Shown here one piece after another: positions 20,507 through 31,400 of a stretch of 64,000 nt of DNA (the first letter of the stretch is position 1; every line of letters begins with the position of its first letter). The position numbers and the translations under genes are program-made. Under the pieces are notes generated by a model, which made no database searches, was not told the DNA's origin, and saw only the letters and a list, made by a program, of their open reading frames with translations. The DNA is from a virus. Its lineage: Duplodnaviria > Caudoviricetes. The stretch covers positions 8,158 through 72,157 of IMG/VR virus record IMGVR_UViG_3300035501_001769; one strand, written 5' to 3'.

Positions 20507-21378
20507 TATTTCAGTACTGTATCGTTAATATAAAATTCCCAGCCGCGTTCTTTGCCTACCGGGTCTGTAATAATCTTATTGATAATTGCCAAGCCTGTTT
20601 TAGAAGGTGGTGTTGTAAGATAGACCTTACAGCCTATTCTGGAAGCACACACCTTGTACAGCTCCGCCAAGTAATCATCTATAACACTGACACTTGCAAA
20701 TCTCGCATCTTGAAGATTCAGGGTCTGCAATTGGTCGAGTGAGATGACCGATGACAGGTCTGAAATCTTACAACCTTGCAGGTCGAGATTTGTAGTTTCA
20801 TTGAATAAGAATAGGCTATCCATAATCGGGGCGGTGGAGTTAGTGATGTAAGAATACGCAACAATGGGAGCCGTTAAATATAGACTATCGCAAAGGTTGG
20901 TGGTATCAAATAAATGAAAGCCAAAGGTGTTGCCATAGATTTTAATGATATGCGATGAAAGCTCGTCATCAAACACGTGTTCCGTGGTCTTACCCTTAGT
21001 TGCTAACTTGATGACTTCCAAATCTGTATTATCACCCCAATCAACGATAATATAGCCTGCACCTTGCGCCCTGAATGATACTGAGTCAACATCGCCAACA
21101 TGACCAAAAGCACATAAACGTTCTGTAGTGCTTTTAAAATACACGCCACGTTCACCGTTGACAGGTCTTAAACCTTCATCAGACAGTTTATCAAGTACCG
21201 TACTGCTTATTACATATCCCTCGTTGTATGTCAGTTTCGTTCCTGCTGTTAATTCCGTATCATATCCAAGTTCTTCGTTGGATGATAATAGGTCAAACAC
21301 ACCTTCAATTGAGCCGTAGATATGCAACGCCACATCGAAGATATTTTGACCTTTACGCACAGTATATGTTTTAGCCAT
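20506..21378 (-). CDS. LysM/gpX-like baseplate protein with C-terminal leucine-rich repeats
   Basis: YTVRKGQNIFDVALHIYGSIEG; LDLQGCKISDL...LQTLNLQ. Confidence 0.6.
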   Translation of the reverse strand: MAKTYTVRKGQNIFDVALHIYGSIEGVFDLLSSNEELGYDTELTAGTKLTYNEGYVISSTVLDKLSDEGLRPVNGERGVYFKSTTERLCAFGHVGDVDSVSFRAQGAGYIIVDWGDNTDLEVIKLATKGKTTEHVFDDELSSHIIKIYGNTFGFHLFDTTNLCDSLYLTAPIVAYSYITNSTAPIMDSLFLFNETTNLDLQGCKISDLSSVISLDQLQTLNLQDARFASVSVIDDYLAELYKVCASRIGCKVYLTTPPSKTGLAIINKIITDPVGKERGWEFYINDTVLK

Positions 21379-22033
21379 TTAGCTGTATGTCTAAGTTGTT
21401 TGTATCTAAATCCATATTAGCTGAAGCGATAGACACTCCATCGGCTTCAAACTCGCTTGTAAGCACGTCAACCAAATCATTTGTATTACCGCTGCAATTT
21501 ACCCAGCGCACAAGTCCTACACCGGCAGAAGGGTAGCGATAGTAGTTACCCGGAACGCACTCCAACAATAGGGCAGCGTTCTGGTTGATAGGGTCGATTA
21601 TCTCCACATCGTTTATTTCGGCATTGTAAAGCTCCAATTCTTGCATATCATCAGTAAATCGCAAGTAATAATCACCTGACTCTGCCAACGCTATAAGTTC
21701 TGAAGCCTTGATACTGCTACCTTTGAGAGTAACGTCAAACCACTCATCAGAATCTCCATCAAGCAGGGGTGGGCGTGGTACATAGTGAGATATACCGCCC
21801 GATTTAAACGTCACTTTCAGCCTAACACCCTTGAAATAAGGAGTGTAGGGGATATGGATATAAAACCCATTGCTCCGCAACTCCTTGTAAGTCACGCCTG
21901 AGATGGTTACTTCACCGTAGATATACTTTTCATCGGTGTTATCAACCCATTTAAAATCTCTGAGTGTGTACTTGTTTTTTGATGAAAGAGCCAAATCAAA
22001 CGTAGCTAATTTTAGTGCTATGTCACTGCTCAT
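21371..22033 (-). CDS. Baseplate gp25/gpW-like protein
   Basis: C-terminal NQNAALLLECVPGNYYRYPSAGVGL...LTSEFEADG pattern; synteny. Confidence 0.55.
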   Translation of the reverse strand: MSSDIALKLATFDLALSSKNKYTLRDFKWVDNTDEKYIYGEVTISGVTYKELRSNGFYIHIPYTPYFKGVRLKVTFKSGGISHYVPRPPLLDGDSDEWFDVTLKGSSIKASELIALAESGDYYLRFTDDMQELELYNAEINDVEIIDPINQNAALLLECVPGNYYRYPSAGVGLVRWVNCSGNTNDLVDVLTSEFEADGVSIASANMDLDTNNLDIQLNG

Positions 22034-22051
22034 TAGAATAGTGTTAATATG

Positions 22052-22089
22052 ATTTCACCCAGAGTTAATAAATAACTACCGGGTGAAAT
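22052..22089 (-). terminator. Intrinsic terminator-like hairpin
   Basis: ATTTCACCC...GGGTGAAAT stem in the intergenic region. Confidence 0.55.
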
Positions 22090-22117
22090 GCGTGTGTTTA
22101 TAGTATTAGATTATGTA

Positions 22118-22240
22118 TCAATCGGTATAAGCACCTTTTGAAATGGTTTGGCTATCATTTAGGATACTTTGTATAGCCTCAATGTCACCTGAGATAGTAA
22201 CTTGATAGTCTTGTAAAATGCTTGTACTGAAATGTTCCAT
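22118..22240 (-). CDS. Small 40-aa ORF (not in the ORF track)
   Basis: MEHFSTSILQDYQVTISGDIEAIQSILNDSQTISKGAYTD; starts 14 nt after the stop of the large tail gene. Confidence 0.4.
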   Translation of the reverse strand: MEHFSTSILQDYQVTISGDIEAIQSILNDSQTISKGAYTD

Positions 22241-22254
22241 AATATTTGTGTTAG

Positions 22255-25200
22255 TTATTCGAGATATTTCCAATCACCATTCTTGTTCTTGTACTTAATG
22301 CCGTCAGCGGAGAAGCTAAAGCCATAGCCATTATTCTCCATCATGAAAGTCATGCCATTGGATGTTCTTCTTGCCATTACGTAGTTGTCATTACGTGTGC
22401 CGAGAACAAAACCGTTGGCAAAGAAACAAGTGGTGTATGTGTCTGTATTATAAGAAGCTGTGATGGGTATCTCAGTTGTGTCATTATAACCCCAAGACAA
22501 TGAAGCGGTATCACCTGAAGATACTGACGCAACTGAGTAGGACAATTTGATTACATGATAGCCGCCTGAATCGGCCTTAATGGTGTTGTCAGCAACTGAA
22601 TAGGTGTTACTGTTTGTTTCACCTGCCGAAGCTGAAACGCCTTGCTCGTATATTGTCTTAGTGTTGAGTAATTTCTTATGACCTGCATCTGAATATGTCG
22701 CTATCGTAATCTTTATTGTCGCTGAAGCTGAGTGGGTTGTGGTTACAACCGTACTGCCGCCAACCAGTGTGTTGTTGTTACCATTGATTGCGCCTGTGGT
22801 GCTGATTATTGTTTTACTGTTGCTTGCCGCATGAGCATATAAATAAATATAGCCTTGATTAAGCGTTATTTCAGTTGAAGTTGGAGTATAAATTTCACCA
22901 AGCTCAACTGTGCCTGTGGTGGATTTCGTAGATGAAAGTTCACCTGATACAGCTGCAACGCTAATAGCTTCATGGCTCGCATTGTTTATCTCAATATCAC
23001 CTGAATCACGTGTGCCGATAAGGTCTGACAAATCATCATCGTGATAACTACCATCGAAGGTAGAGCAAAGGCGGTTTTCACTGTCGTAAATCTTGATGGC
23101 TTTTTCGGTCGGGTCTATGCTAACGTGTTGCCCCTCAGAATCACCCACCAAAACATTCTGTGCCACCATATCTTCAGTGTTGATGAACTTAGCATCAATT
23201 GTGCCTGATACGATTTGTTCAGCTGATAGAGTGCCGGTATAGATGCCATTTTTATCAATCGTAGTAACAGCCTTTTCCGATGAAGCTACATCGTATAAAG
23301 TAGCCGTAGCCACTTGCCATTCTACAGACTGATATATCTGCATGGTTTTCTTAATGCCGGATGAAGAAATGGTGATTATTTCCAATTTGATTGACAAGCT
23401 ACTATCACCTTTGACCGTCTGAGTGGGGATTAAAGCAAAGTTGCCAACGGTATCTAATTCACCATCACCGTCAGCATCACAAGTAATTACGCACTTGTAT
23501 TCTTCCCAATCGCCTGTGCCTTTAGTAGATGTAATCCAATTTACAGTACAGTTGTTGCTACATTCCTCTATTGCGAAGTTTGTCGGGATATTGGCTACAA
23601 TACGTGCGAGGTATTTGGCTTTAGCTTTTGCCGGATTCTTGAATGTGAAGCCACCCAAACGATAGTCACCTAATGCAGTCCAATAATAATCGGTTATTTG
23701 CATTGCCTTTGATGTGCTGTTGGGAGCTTCTTCATTATCCACCCATTGACGCTCCATGCCGGTTGTAAGCTGACCCATATCTTCACTGCTACCGGTCAAG
23801 TAAACTCTATCTGAAGCATACAGTTGTAATACAGGACCTTCGCCATGTAAAGTAATGCGTAATGTATCATCGTCATCAAAGGCAATGCCTGACAGGATTT
23901 CAGCACTTACAAACTCAACAATATCTTCCTCAGAAAGCTCTACCGAACCGCTCCACAATTCGTTTACAGTACCGTCAGCTTTAACTATCGCAATATTCAA
24001 TATTGTAATATCGGTACCTCTGAAGGTTAAGCCGGTGCTTGCAATATAATCTTTAACATCTGAATAGCTGAATGTTAAGTACGAATACCCTAAATAGTCA
24101 TCTGTGCCATTGTAGCCTTCATTGCTAAATTCAGGGTCACGATATAGCATCTGACTTGAAGCAAGCATAGAAGCATAGTCGGCACTACTTTGAATTTCGC
24201 TGTCGGCATCGGTCCACATCATGGTTACACTCTCATCGAAGGATAAATCGCCTTCAGCGTTCCATGATATTTTACCACCTGCAATAGAGCCTGAGCCGTT
24301 CTTCTTCCATGCAATATTTCCTGCTGCAAAAGAGCCTGAGCCATCTGAAGCGATACTCCAGTAATTGCCTGACAGACGTGAAGCAGATAGAACAATACTA
24401 TTTGATGAAAGAGTATAACCGGTTGCGTCAAGTGTGTCTGTATCACCACTGTAAATAGCTGTGTCGGTGAACTTCCAACCTGCTATAACATTAGGCCGCT
24501 CGCTGTTGGAGTTGAGGCAGAACACTTGCTTGCCTACTGAATTATAACCTGATAATTGTGTATTGTCAGTGTCGGCAGCAATGTAAACACCTCCCTTTGA
24601 GCTGATTGTGCTACGATAATCGGTCACTGTTTCGCCCAATTCTCCAGTGGTCACATACAGACCGTTATAACCTGAAGTGGAAACGAGAGCAACTGTTTCT
24701 GTGCTGATTCTTTCTTGGCTAATATCCCATCCTGCCAACTTGCCGCCATCCGTACCTAATTGTACTGCTCCACCAAGGAAGCTAAAAGAACCGTCAGCGT
24801 CTATGTACCATTTATAGCCACGTATGCCGTTGGTTCCGATTGTTATGCTGCCCTCTACTGAAGTGGTGGACTGTGCGGTGTTTTTCTTGGTGCCGATGTA
24901 TAGGCTGTTATCGTCAAAGTTCCAGCCGGCTATTGAATTGGTTGAACCTAAGCTGAACACCTTAACGGCTTGTGGCATTTGAAGATTAGAACCTTTGTTT
25001 GTGTCTTGAACTTTATAGCCTTCAAGGCCATAAGATGTACCGCTCTCATAAAACATAGCCACCCCACCGTGTAACGCAGTGTTACTTTTAAAGGCTTCAA
25101 CCGTAGCACCAACGCCATCGCCTAATATCGCGCTAATGTTGGTTACACCGATATATTGAGCTTCGCCATCGAGCAAAATGCCTTTGCCATAAAGAGCTTT

Positions 25201-26034
25201 ATCGTTAATACTCCAACTACCGATTTTACCGGCTGCGGCTGTAATAGTGCCTTCAAAATCAGCACTACCGTCAGCATTAAAATGTACCTTATCTTTGGCA
25301 AATACCGCTGAACCATCGCTGTTGAGTTGCCATGCGGTTTCTCCATCAGGTTGAGCGGAAATAGCTCCTGAAGATAATAGCTGAAGTGAACCGTCAGAAG
25401 TGGCTATCTTATCGTTGTCGATTACCCAACCGCCAATCATGCCACCGTTAGCATCGAGTTTGAAGATTTCCTCAAATTGCTTGTAACCGAATAAACCATA
25501 GTTACTTTCATCGCGGAACGATGGACCCATATAGACACCGGTAATAGTTTCCGCTCCTTCTTCAGTGGTTTCTTTCTTACCTGCAAATAATTTGGGGGTA
25601 ATGACGTACTGACCGCTGATAGTGGTTGCGCTGCTGTTCCATTCCAATATCCAATCGAGCATGGAAGTTTCGCGCACTACGGTGTATTGGTAGGTTACTG
25701 AAGTGTTGTACTCACCACCGTTAGCAGATATAGATAGAGTGATCGACCCTGATTGTTCTTCGCTGCTAATGTCGATAAGCTGAAGGCTCATCGTGGTGTT
25801 ATTAACTTGCTCTAAGACATATTCTAATTTGTCATCGCTTACCTCAGATACTTCAGCGGTAAAATCTACCGCTTCCTCTCCGCAGAACACGCGAATAGTG
25901 GCTGTGGCATAATCTAAGTCAGGATTTGCCCCATCATAATCAGCTTTAATAACACACGAACTCGGTGAAAGCGATACTGAATAAGCATCACTCACCGAGT
26001 TTATAATTATCATTTCTTGTGCTATCTTCGCCAT
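22255..26034 (-). CDS. Large tail fibre/tail-tip protein
   Basis: 1259 aa with repeated (I/L)xGWxI motifs (MIGGWVID, KIGSWSIN, SIAGWNFD, KLAGWDIS, VIAGWKFT); located in the tail module. Confidence 0.7.
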   Translation of the reverse strand: MAKIAQEMIIINSVSDAYSVSLSPSSCVIKADYDGANPDLDYATATIRVFCGEEAVDFTAEVSEVSDDKLEYVLEQVNNTTMSLQLIDISSEEQSGSITLSISANGGEYNTSVTYQYTVVRETSMLDWILEWNSSATTISGQYVITPKLFAGKKETTEEGAETITGVYMGPSFRDESNYGLFGYKQFEEIFKLDANGGMIGGWVIDNDKIATSDGSLQLLSSGAISAQPDGETAWQLNSDGSAVFAKDKVHFNADGSADFEGTITAAAGKIGSWSINDKALYGKGILLDGEAQYIGVTNISAILGDGVGATVEAFKSNTALHGGVAMFYESGTSYGLEGYKVQDTNKGSNLQMPQAVKVFSLGSTNSIAGWNFDDNSLYIGTKKNTAQSTTSVEGSITIGTNGIRGYKWYIDADGSFSFLGGAVQLGTDGGKLAGWDISQERISTETVALVSTSGYNGLYVTTGELGETVTDYRSTISSKGGVYIAADTDNTQLSGYNSVGKQVFCLNSNSERPNVIAGWKFTDTAIYSGDTDTLDATGYTLSSNSIVLSASRLSGNYWSIASDGSGSFAAGNIAWKKNGSGSIAGGKISWNAEGDLSFDESVTMMWTDADSEIQSSADYASMLASSQMLYRDPEFSNEGYNGTDDYLGYSYLTFSYSDVKDYIASTGLTFRGTDITILNIAIVKADGTVNELWSGSVELSEEDIVEFVSAEILSGIAFDDDDTLRITLHGEGPVLQLYASDRVYLTGSSEDMGQLTTGMERQWVDNEEAPNSTSKAMQITDYYWTALGDYRLGGFTFKNPAKAKAKYLARIVANIPTNFAIEECSNNCTVNWITSTKGTGDWEEYKCVITCDADGDGELDTVGNFALIPTQTVKGDSSLSIKLEIITISSSGIKKTMQIYQSVEWQVATATLYDVASSEKAVTTIDKNGIYTGTLSAEQIVSGTIDAKFINTEDMVAQNVLVGDSEGQHVSIDPTEKAIKIYDSENRLCSTFDGSYHDDDLSDLIGTRDSGDIEINNASHEAISVAAVSGELSSTKSTTGTVELGEIYTPTSTEITLNQGYIYLYAHAASNSKTIISTTGAINGNNNTLVGGSTVVTTTHSASATIKITIATYSDAGHKKLLNTKTIYEQGVSASAGETNSNTYSVADNTIKADSGGYHVIKLSYSVASVSSGDTASLSWGYNDTTEIPITASYNTDTYTTCFFANGFVLGTRNDNYVMARRTSNGMTFMMENNGYGFSFSADGIKYKNKNGDWKYLE

Positions 26035-26080
26035 TTTGTTTTTTAGAAGAATAGCTGAAATGATGTATGTTAGGTTGGGG

Positions 26081-26449
26081 TTATTCTATACTATTCATAG
26101 CCTCAGAAGCAATTTCTTTAGCGTGGTTTCGCCAAGACTGTAGCTCTGCAAACTCTTGCTTATATTCTGCTTGCTTTTCCTCTGAAGCATCTGACGTACC
26201 CGAAAGTACCGCCATCATGTTATTGTTGATTGCTTCGATTTGACTGTCGGTGTACTTCAACGTAATGATAGCTGAAACAATAGTTCCATAGCTCCAGTAG
26301 CCGGGTTCTAAAGTTACACTTTTCCAACTATACTGACCGTCAGTTTCTTCGCAATCGAAATTTATCGTATATTGTTTTCTACCCAAATCATACACAAATG
26401 TTATTGGTTCGGGTTTATTATCACCAAACATAAGCATTGTTTTCTTCAA
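26081..26449 (-). CDS. Tail-fibre-associated small protein
   Basis: IEAINNN...EYKQEFAELQSWRNHAKE pattern seen in phage tail accessory proteins; context. Confidence 0.55.
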   Translation of the reverse strand: MKKTMLMFGDNKPEPITFVYDLGRKQYTINFDCEETDGQYSWKSVTLEPGYWSYGTIVSAIITLKYTDSQIEAINNNMMAVLSGTSDASEEKQAEYKQEFAELQSWRNHAKEIASEAMNSIE

Positions 26450-27884
26450 ACTCCTTTCTTCGCATAAATAATTTGTAATCGTAACGCTTTTGAATTTTTA
26501 CAGCACCGGTATTCTTGATTAAACAGCATCGTTTTATATTCTTTACATACGGTGCGTATAACTTTTCAGCCATACTTGCAGATTTATGGTGAACTACAAA
26601 ACCTATATAAGAATTAACTGAAGATGCGGTGCGCGATAATTCTTTGAGTAGTTGCAGTGTTGGAACATTTTGAGATATTACTGCACATAACTTGTTTAAG
26701 CGAAACAAAGCGTCGTGTAAACCACCAAGTGTTCGGTTAACGAGATATGTTCTGTTAGGCTTAATCACACCACCGACAAACCTACATCCATGACGAATTG
26801 TCTGCAAATACACTTTATCAGGGTGTAATGTTACGTGCAAATAGATTTTCAACCACCTTTCAGCTATCTTTCTAATACGCATAATATCGTTTTTATCACC
26901 TACTATGGTAAAATCATCCACAAAGCGTTTGTAAAGACAATTATACCGTATGCAGAGTTTTAGCATAATAGCATCAAAAAACGACATATAAAAATTAGCG
27001 CACAACTGGCTTGTAATATTTCCTATCGCCAACCCTAAATGGCGTGGATTGTTGAGCATGGATTTATGAGCCGGAAGTTTCGCTCTATCGCTGGCAGAGA
27101 ATTTTTTAATACAATTATCTGAAGGCACATGGTATATCGTTATCTTAGTAAGATTCAACAACATATCAATATCATCACCCACATATTCTTCTTTAATAAA
27201 CTTTTCGAGCAATGACCATAAAATATTTTTGTCAATACTCATGAAAAAGCCTTTCAAGTCATATTTTCCCACCCAATTTTTATGCTGTCGCTTCTTGCAG
27301 CACCATATCATATCTTTTCTAAGAGCTTGTTGGGCTGCAAATGTTCCAAATCCCTTACGGCAATTAAATGATACATTCATTTGCCTTCGAAACCGACCTT
27401 CGAACAATGGATTCAAGCGTAGACAAATCCAATGTTGCACAAGTCTATCGCGAAATGCTGCGGCAAAAATTTCTCTATAAGAAGGGAATTTAACGATAAA
27501 ACAAGTGGAAGTTGATGGCACATACTCTCCATAATAGATTTCGTACACCAACTCCCACAAATTTCGCTCGTAATCAACTCTCCACTTTTCACATTCGAGG
27601 GATGAGTATTTATTACGCAAACAGTCGTTCTTTGCAATAACCCATCCAGTTTTAATCTCCTCATCAAGTGCGACCACAGCTCGGACTCTGTTACTGTTGT
27701 ACTTGTTGTTGTTGTTGTTGACGTTGCCATTACCGAAGTTAATGTTCCATGCGTTCAACGCTGAATACTCCAAAGCCGACTCCGCGATTATGCGATTGGG
27801 TTCAATATTTGAAATAACGAGTGGACTATTTATAAGTCCACCTGTATCGCATCCATTTAATTTAAGAAGATTATTTATATCCAT
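26421..27884 (-). CDS. DGR reverse transcriptase (TR translated in its N-terminus; start uncertain)
   Basis: REIFAAAFRDRLVQH, DLKGFFMSID, GLAIGNITSQ (DGR SQ motif), RFVDDF; first in-frame ATG at 27884 (the ORF-track start at 27929 is TTG). Confidence 0.95.
   Translation of the reverse strand: MDINNLLKLNGCDTGGLINSPLVISNIEPNRIIAESALEYSALNAWNINFGNGNVNNNNNKYNSNRVRAVVALDEEIKTGWVIAKNDCLRNKYSSLECEKWRVDYERNLWELVYEIYYGEYVPSTSTCFIVKFPSYREIFAAAFRDRLVQHWICLRLNPLFEGRFRRQMNVSFNCRKGFGTFAAQQALRKDMIWCCKKRQHKNWVGKYDLKGFFMSIDKNILWSLLEKFIKEEYVGDDIDMLLNLTKITIYHVPSDNCIKKFSASDRAKLPAHKSMLNNPRHLGLAIGNITSQLCANFYMSFFDAIMLKLCIRYNCLYKRFVDDFTIVGDKNDIMRIRKIAERWLKIYLHVTLHPDKVYLQTIRHGCRFVGGVIKPNRTYLVNRTLGGLHDALFRLNKLCAVISQNVPTLQLLKELSRTASSVNSYIGFVVHHKSASMAEKLYAPYVKNIKRCCLIKNTGAVKIQKRYDYKLFMRRKEFEENNAYVW
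27669..27780 (-). repeat. DGR template repeat (TR), 112 bp
   Basis: Matches 28407-28518 except at 8 positions, all A on the TR sense strand; 12 AAY codons. Confidence 0.97.
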
Positions 27885-27916
27885 AACCGTAATCGTGGGT
27901 ATAAAATATGCGACTA

Positions 27917-28309
27917 TCAGCGAAGCCAAGCCATCGCTTGACCTGCCAATTGGTTTACCAAGTCCAAGAAATTAGCTTCTTGTTTAGGAGAAATTAGCGG
28001 CACTTTACCATGCTTTTTGTCAGTATATTTTACCGCTGTTAATACTCGCACAGAAGTTTTAATGGCAATTATACGAGCGTTAATATTCGCATAACAGTGT
28101 CTGCGCGATTGCTGATAACTTGATAAATTAGAATCTAACTCATAAGCCATCACAATAAAGTCCAATATCTCAGCTATGTTGCTTACAAGCCGACTTCCCA
28201 ATATCTGATATGGTATAGATTTGGGAAGTCTTTCCACAGCAGGAACAGACCATTGTAACAGCCTTTCAGTTAACCGATAAATCGGAGTTTGTGATGCGTG
28301 ATGCCTCAT
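27917..28309 (-). CDS. avd: DGR accessory variability determinant
   Basis: 130-aa helical protein: PIY...LPK..YQILG...R...ISPKQ...GQ..AW; lies between target and RT. Confidence 0.85.
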   Translation of the reverse strand: MRHHASQTPIYRLTERLLQWSVPAVERLPKSIPYQILGSRLVSNIAEILDFIVMAYELDSNLSSYQQSRRHCYANINARIIAIKTSVRVLTAVKYTDKKHGKVPLISPKQEANFLDLVNQLAGQAMAWLR

Positions 28310-28368
28310 GTTTGTAAAGTTGATTCATTTCAGAATAGCAAACATACTATATAAGGGTTTAATCAAAT

Positions 28369-28392
28369 GCGCGACTCTGAAAGGAGTCGCGC
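28369..28392 (-). other. DGR post-VR hairpin/cruciform
   Basis: GCGCGACTC-TGAAAG-GAGTCGCGC perfect 9-bp stem, 8 nt after the target stop codon. Confidence 0.85.
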
Positions 28393-28400
28393 TAAAGGGG

Positions 28401-31400
28401 TTAAAATGCGACCACAGCTCGGACTCTGTAACTGTTGTACTTGTTGTAGTAGTAGTTGACGTTGCCATTACCGAAGTAAATGCTCCATGCGAGCAACGCT
28501 GAATACTCCAAAGCCGACCAGTAATATGTGGATGTAAGCTGGGTAAAAACACCATCACTTACTGCCTTTGCAAAGATAGCGTTCTGAGTATCTACATTGT
28601 ACCCTTTTGAATGATACCAATATAATCGACCTAAGTCACCCAAATTCGGCAAGAACCATTTGCCGGTTTTAAATAAAGGAGAAAGCGTTTCACCGGACTT
28701 AACTTTTGGTTGATAAGCATAACAAAATGACGCTGCCGGATAATAATATTGCTGATATTTACTCGAACCTTTCTCTGTGACGATTTCTGCCATTAGAGAG
28801 TTTAAACTTTCTAATTCAGTCATCTTGTCGGTGGCACATGGTATCTGTAGATTAACTGAACTATCACCCAAAATAGTGTTACGGTGCTTAATGATATTTA
28901 GCGTATTGCGTAATCCTTTGGGTATTACATCTCCAATCTTATAATCACCAACCTCGGATGTGAGCGTAGTAAAGCCTATTTCAGCCACAGCAGTGTTGAC
29001 ATTTGGTACTTTAAAGCCATCCGCATCGCCATAATTCTCATCTCGATAGGAATCATCTGTAATATAACTTGTACCTGAGCCTTGTGAGTTATATAGACCT
29101 GTGCTTGTAATATCAACTATGGTTGGTATATTGTATACTGAATAGCCGGGAGTGTCTGCTAATTCAATATTACGAACATTATAATTGGCATCATTACTGC
29201 TTCCTTCTGACCAACCGCTATTAAAATAAAGCCCCCAAATACTACTTGTTGATATATCTGACAAGGCTACAGCCAAGCGTTGTGACTTATCATCCGGATT
29301 GATGTAGAAACAAATACCCACAGGGGTTTTTGCAGTATTCAACACATCCGAAAAAGTACCATCAGCAAACACATAATCTCCCACTTTACATTTGTGTTCG
29401 TAAAAACATATCGTTGCCGTTTTAGTGAGTTTTTCTCCGTTAATAAGCGTTGCAACCACTGTAACTTCAGCATCGGGGTGTGTTTCTTCAGTGCCAACCT
29501 TATTTACCGTTAATTCGCCTGTCGCAGAATTGATTGTGGCATAATTAGTTGCAGTCATGCTCCAACTAATATTGGTGAAAGTATTTGCATTAACCGTGCT
29601 GGGAGTAATACTTAATTGATATGTGCCTACTTTATCATAGTATCGTTCAGACGCTATTGACAGCGATGTAAGATTATATGCAGTATAAGTGATATATATT
29701 GGGTTATTTACATCATCAATATTGCCGAATTTCTCAATTAGTTTCCTCTTATTTTCAAACGTGATAATTTGTGTTTTATCTGTCGAACAAGCGATTTTAC
29801 CTGTCAAAGTAATATCCGGCAATTCAGCTAATTTCATCAAGTGATTAACTGAGAAATTAGTCCAATCAACATTCTTAATTACACATTTGGTCAAACCAAA
29901 ATCATCCGAATCACAAATCTCAGCAATAATGCTTTGACAGTTTAGATTTGGACAATTTGAGAACTCGAACTCTTGCATACTGCCCACGCCTTCAATAGAG
30001 AAGTTGTTTGATGTGAGAGCTTCATAATCAACCAAAGATAAGTTAGTTAATGTTGAAGGCAATTGCAACTTAGTGATAATTGAAGGTTGACCGACTTTGA
30101 TAGATGTTACAGATGTGCCACCTATCAAAATTTCTTCCAATCGGGTAAGGTCTGAGAAGTCTATATTACCATTCACAGATGAAGCTCCATTGATGTCGAA
30201 CACTTTAAGTAATGGAGCGGTCACAGTGATTTTAGGCGGTCGGAACTCAATAGGTTGCTGAGATGCGTGAAACTCTGTCAGTCGTTCACCTGCCACTGTA
30301 AAACCATCACCCTCAATAGGCTTGTTGCCAAATTCACCGATAGACCTGTAATTATCAATACCACAAAGCTGAATGTTCGTGTTACCATCACTGTTTACCC
30401 CCGACAAAGTAAACGCCTCTCCGGCTTTAACTCGCTGAGGTGTCGAATAACTTTTACCGTTTGTATCACGACCATAAGCTAATGAGCTACCTGTACTGAT
30501 AGCCGGGTATAACCAAATATGCGGCACGAGGTCAAATGAATACTCAGGTTGCGCACCTGCCAAAGTAGTGATAGAACGGAATGTGAGTGAGTTAGAGCCG
30601 TTCATAGCAAAGTCACCATAAGAAGCGTATGACTGCAAATACTTCAGGCGCAACTTAACCCATTGCATTTCACATTGAAGTTGGTCGCCAAGTGATTGTG
30701 TGATAGGGTGAGTAGAACCGGTATAACCATTACCCCAAACAGCAGAAGCCGCCTCATAAGAGATACGTGCATTTTCGTTATATGCTACGGCAGGAAAATA
30801 ACGCTGTGTGGAGAAGAAATACTTATCCATGCAACCAAATACCTTATCGTCATAGCTTGAATCCTTAGCCAAGTCCGCCATCTGAGCGAACATCGTGTTC
30901 ATCATAGAGCGAAGTTCGGTGGGATAAGCTAATTCAATCAGGTCATACAAAGCGTTTTGTTCACCATTCCAGTATGTCGCATTGCTGCTATCAACGTCAT
31001 GTTCCTCAACGTAATAAGGCTTATTCTTACGGCCTACGTTGTCGGTTGCAAAGATGGTATCTAAGTCATCTTGCGCCCAGTGAATAACGAGCTTATCGTT
31101 TTTGTATGTCAGATAAAGATAAGTATTCTTAGCGCGGTTGTCGGATGCAGCTTTCAGCTTAATAAAGTTTGAGTGGTATAGTCCATCTTCAACGTTAATA
31201 TAGTCAGATGCTTGCTCTTTAAAGTCGGTAATACGTGCGTTAACAAATTGCTCGTTAATGTTTTCCCATAAACTTCCCGAAGGATAAATGCCTGTCTGAG
31301 ATGCAATGTTGAGCTTTTCATATTGACCTTCACCTTTCTTGGCTACACCTGCATCAACCCATTGTGATGTAAGAGTGTCATAACGATATAAGTCAAATTG

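Noticed and set aside
22255-26034. Second DGR variable repeat in other tail proteins
   Set aside because: I found no additional TR-like sequence by eye; a blastn of the TR against the whole genome would be needed to exclude remote targets.
27691-27722. (GTT)n microsatellite-like run
   Set aside because: These are the AAC codons of the DGR template repeat, not a slippage locus or CRISPR.
28325-28558. 77-aa minus-strand ORF and 105-aa ORF at 27413-27730 sharing MATSTTTTTSTTVTESELWSH
   Set aside because: Alternative-frame readings of the VR and TR; fully explained by the DGR repeats.
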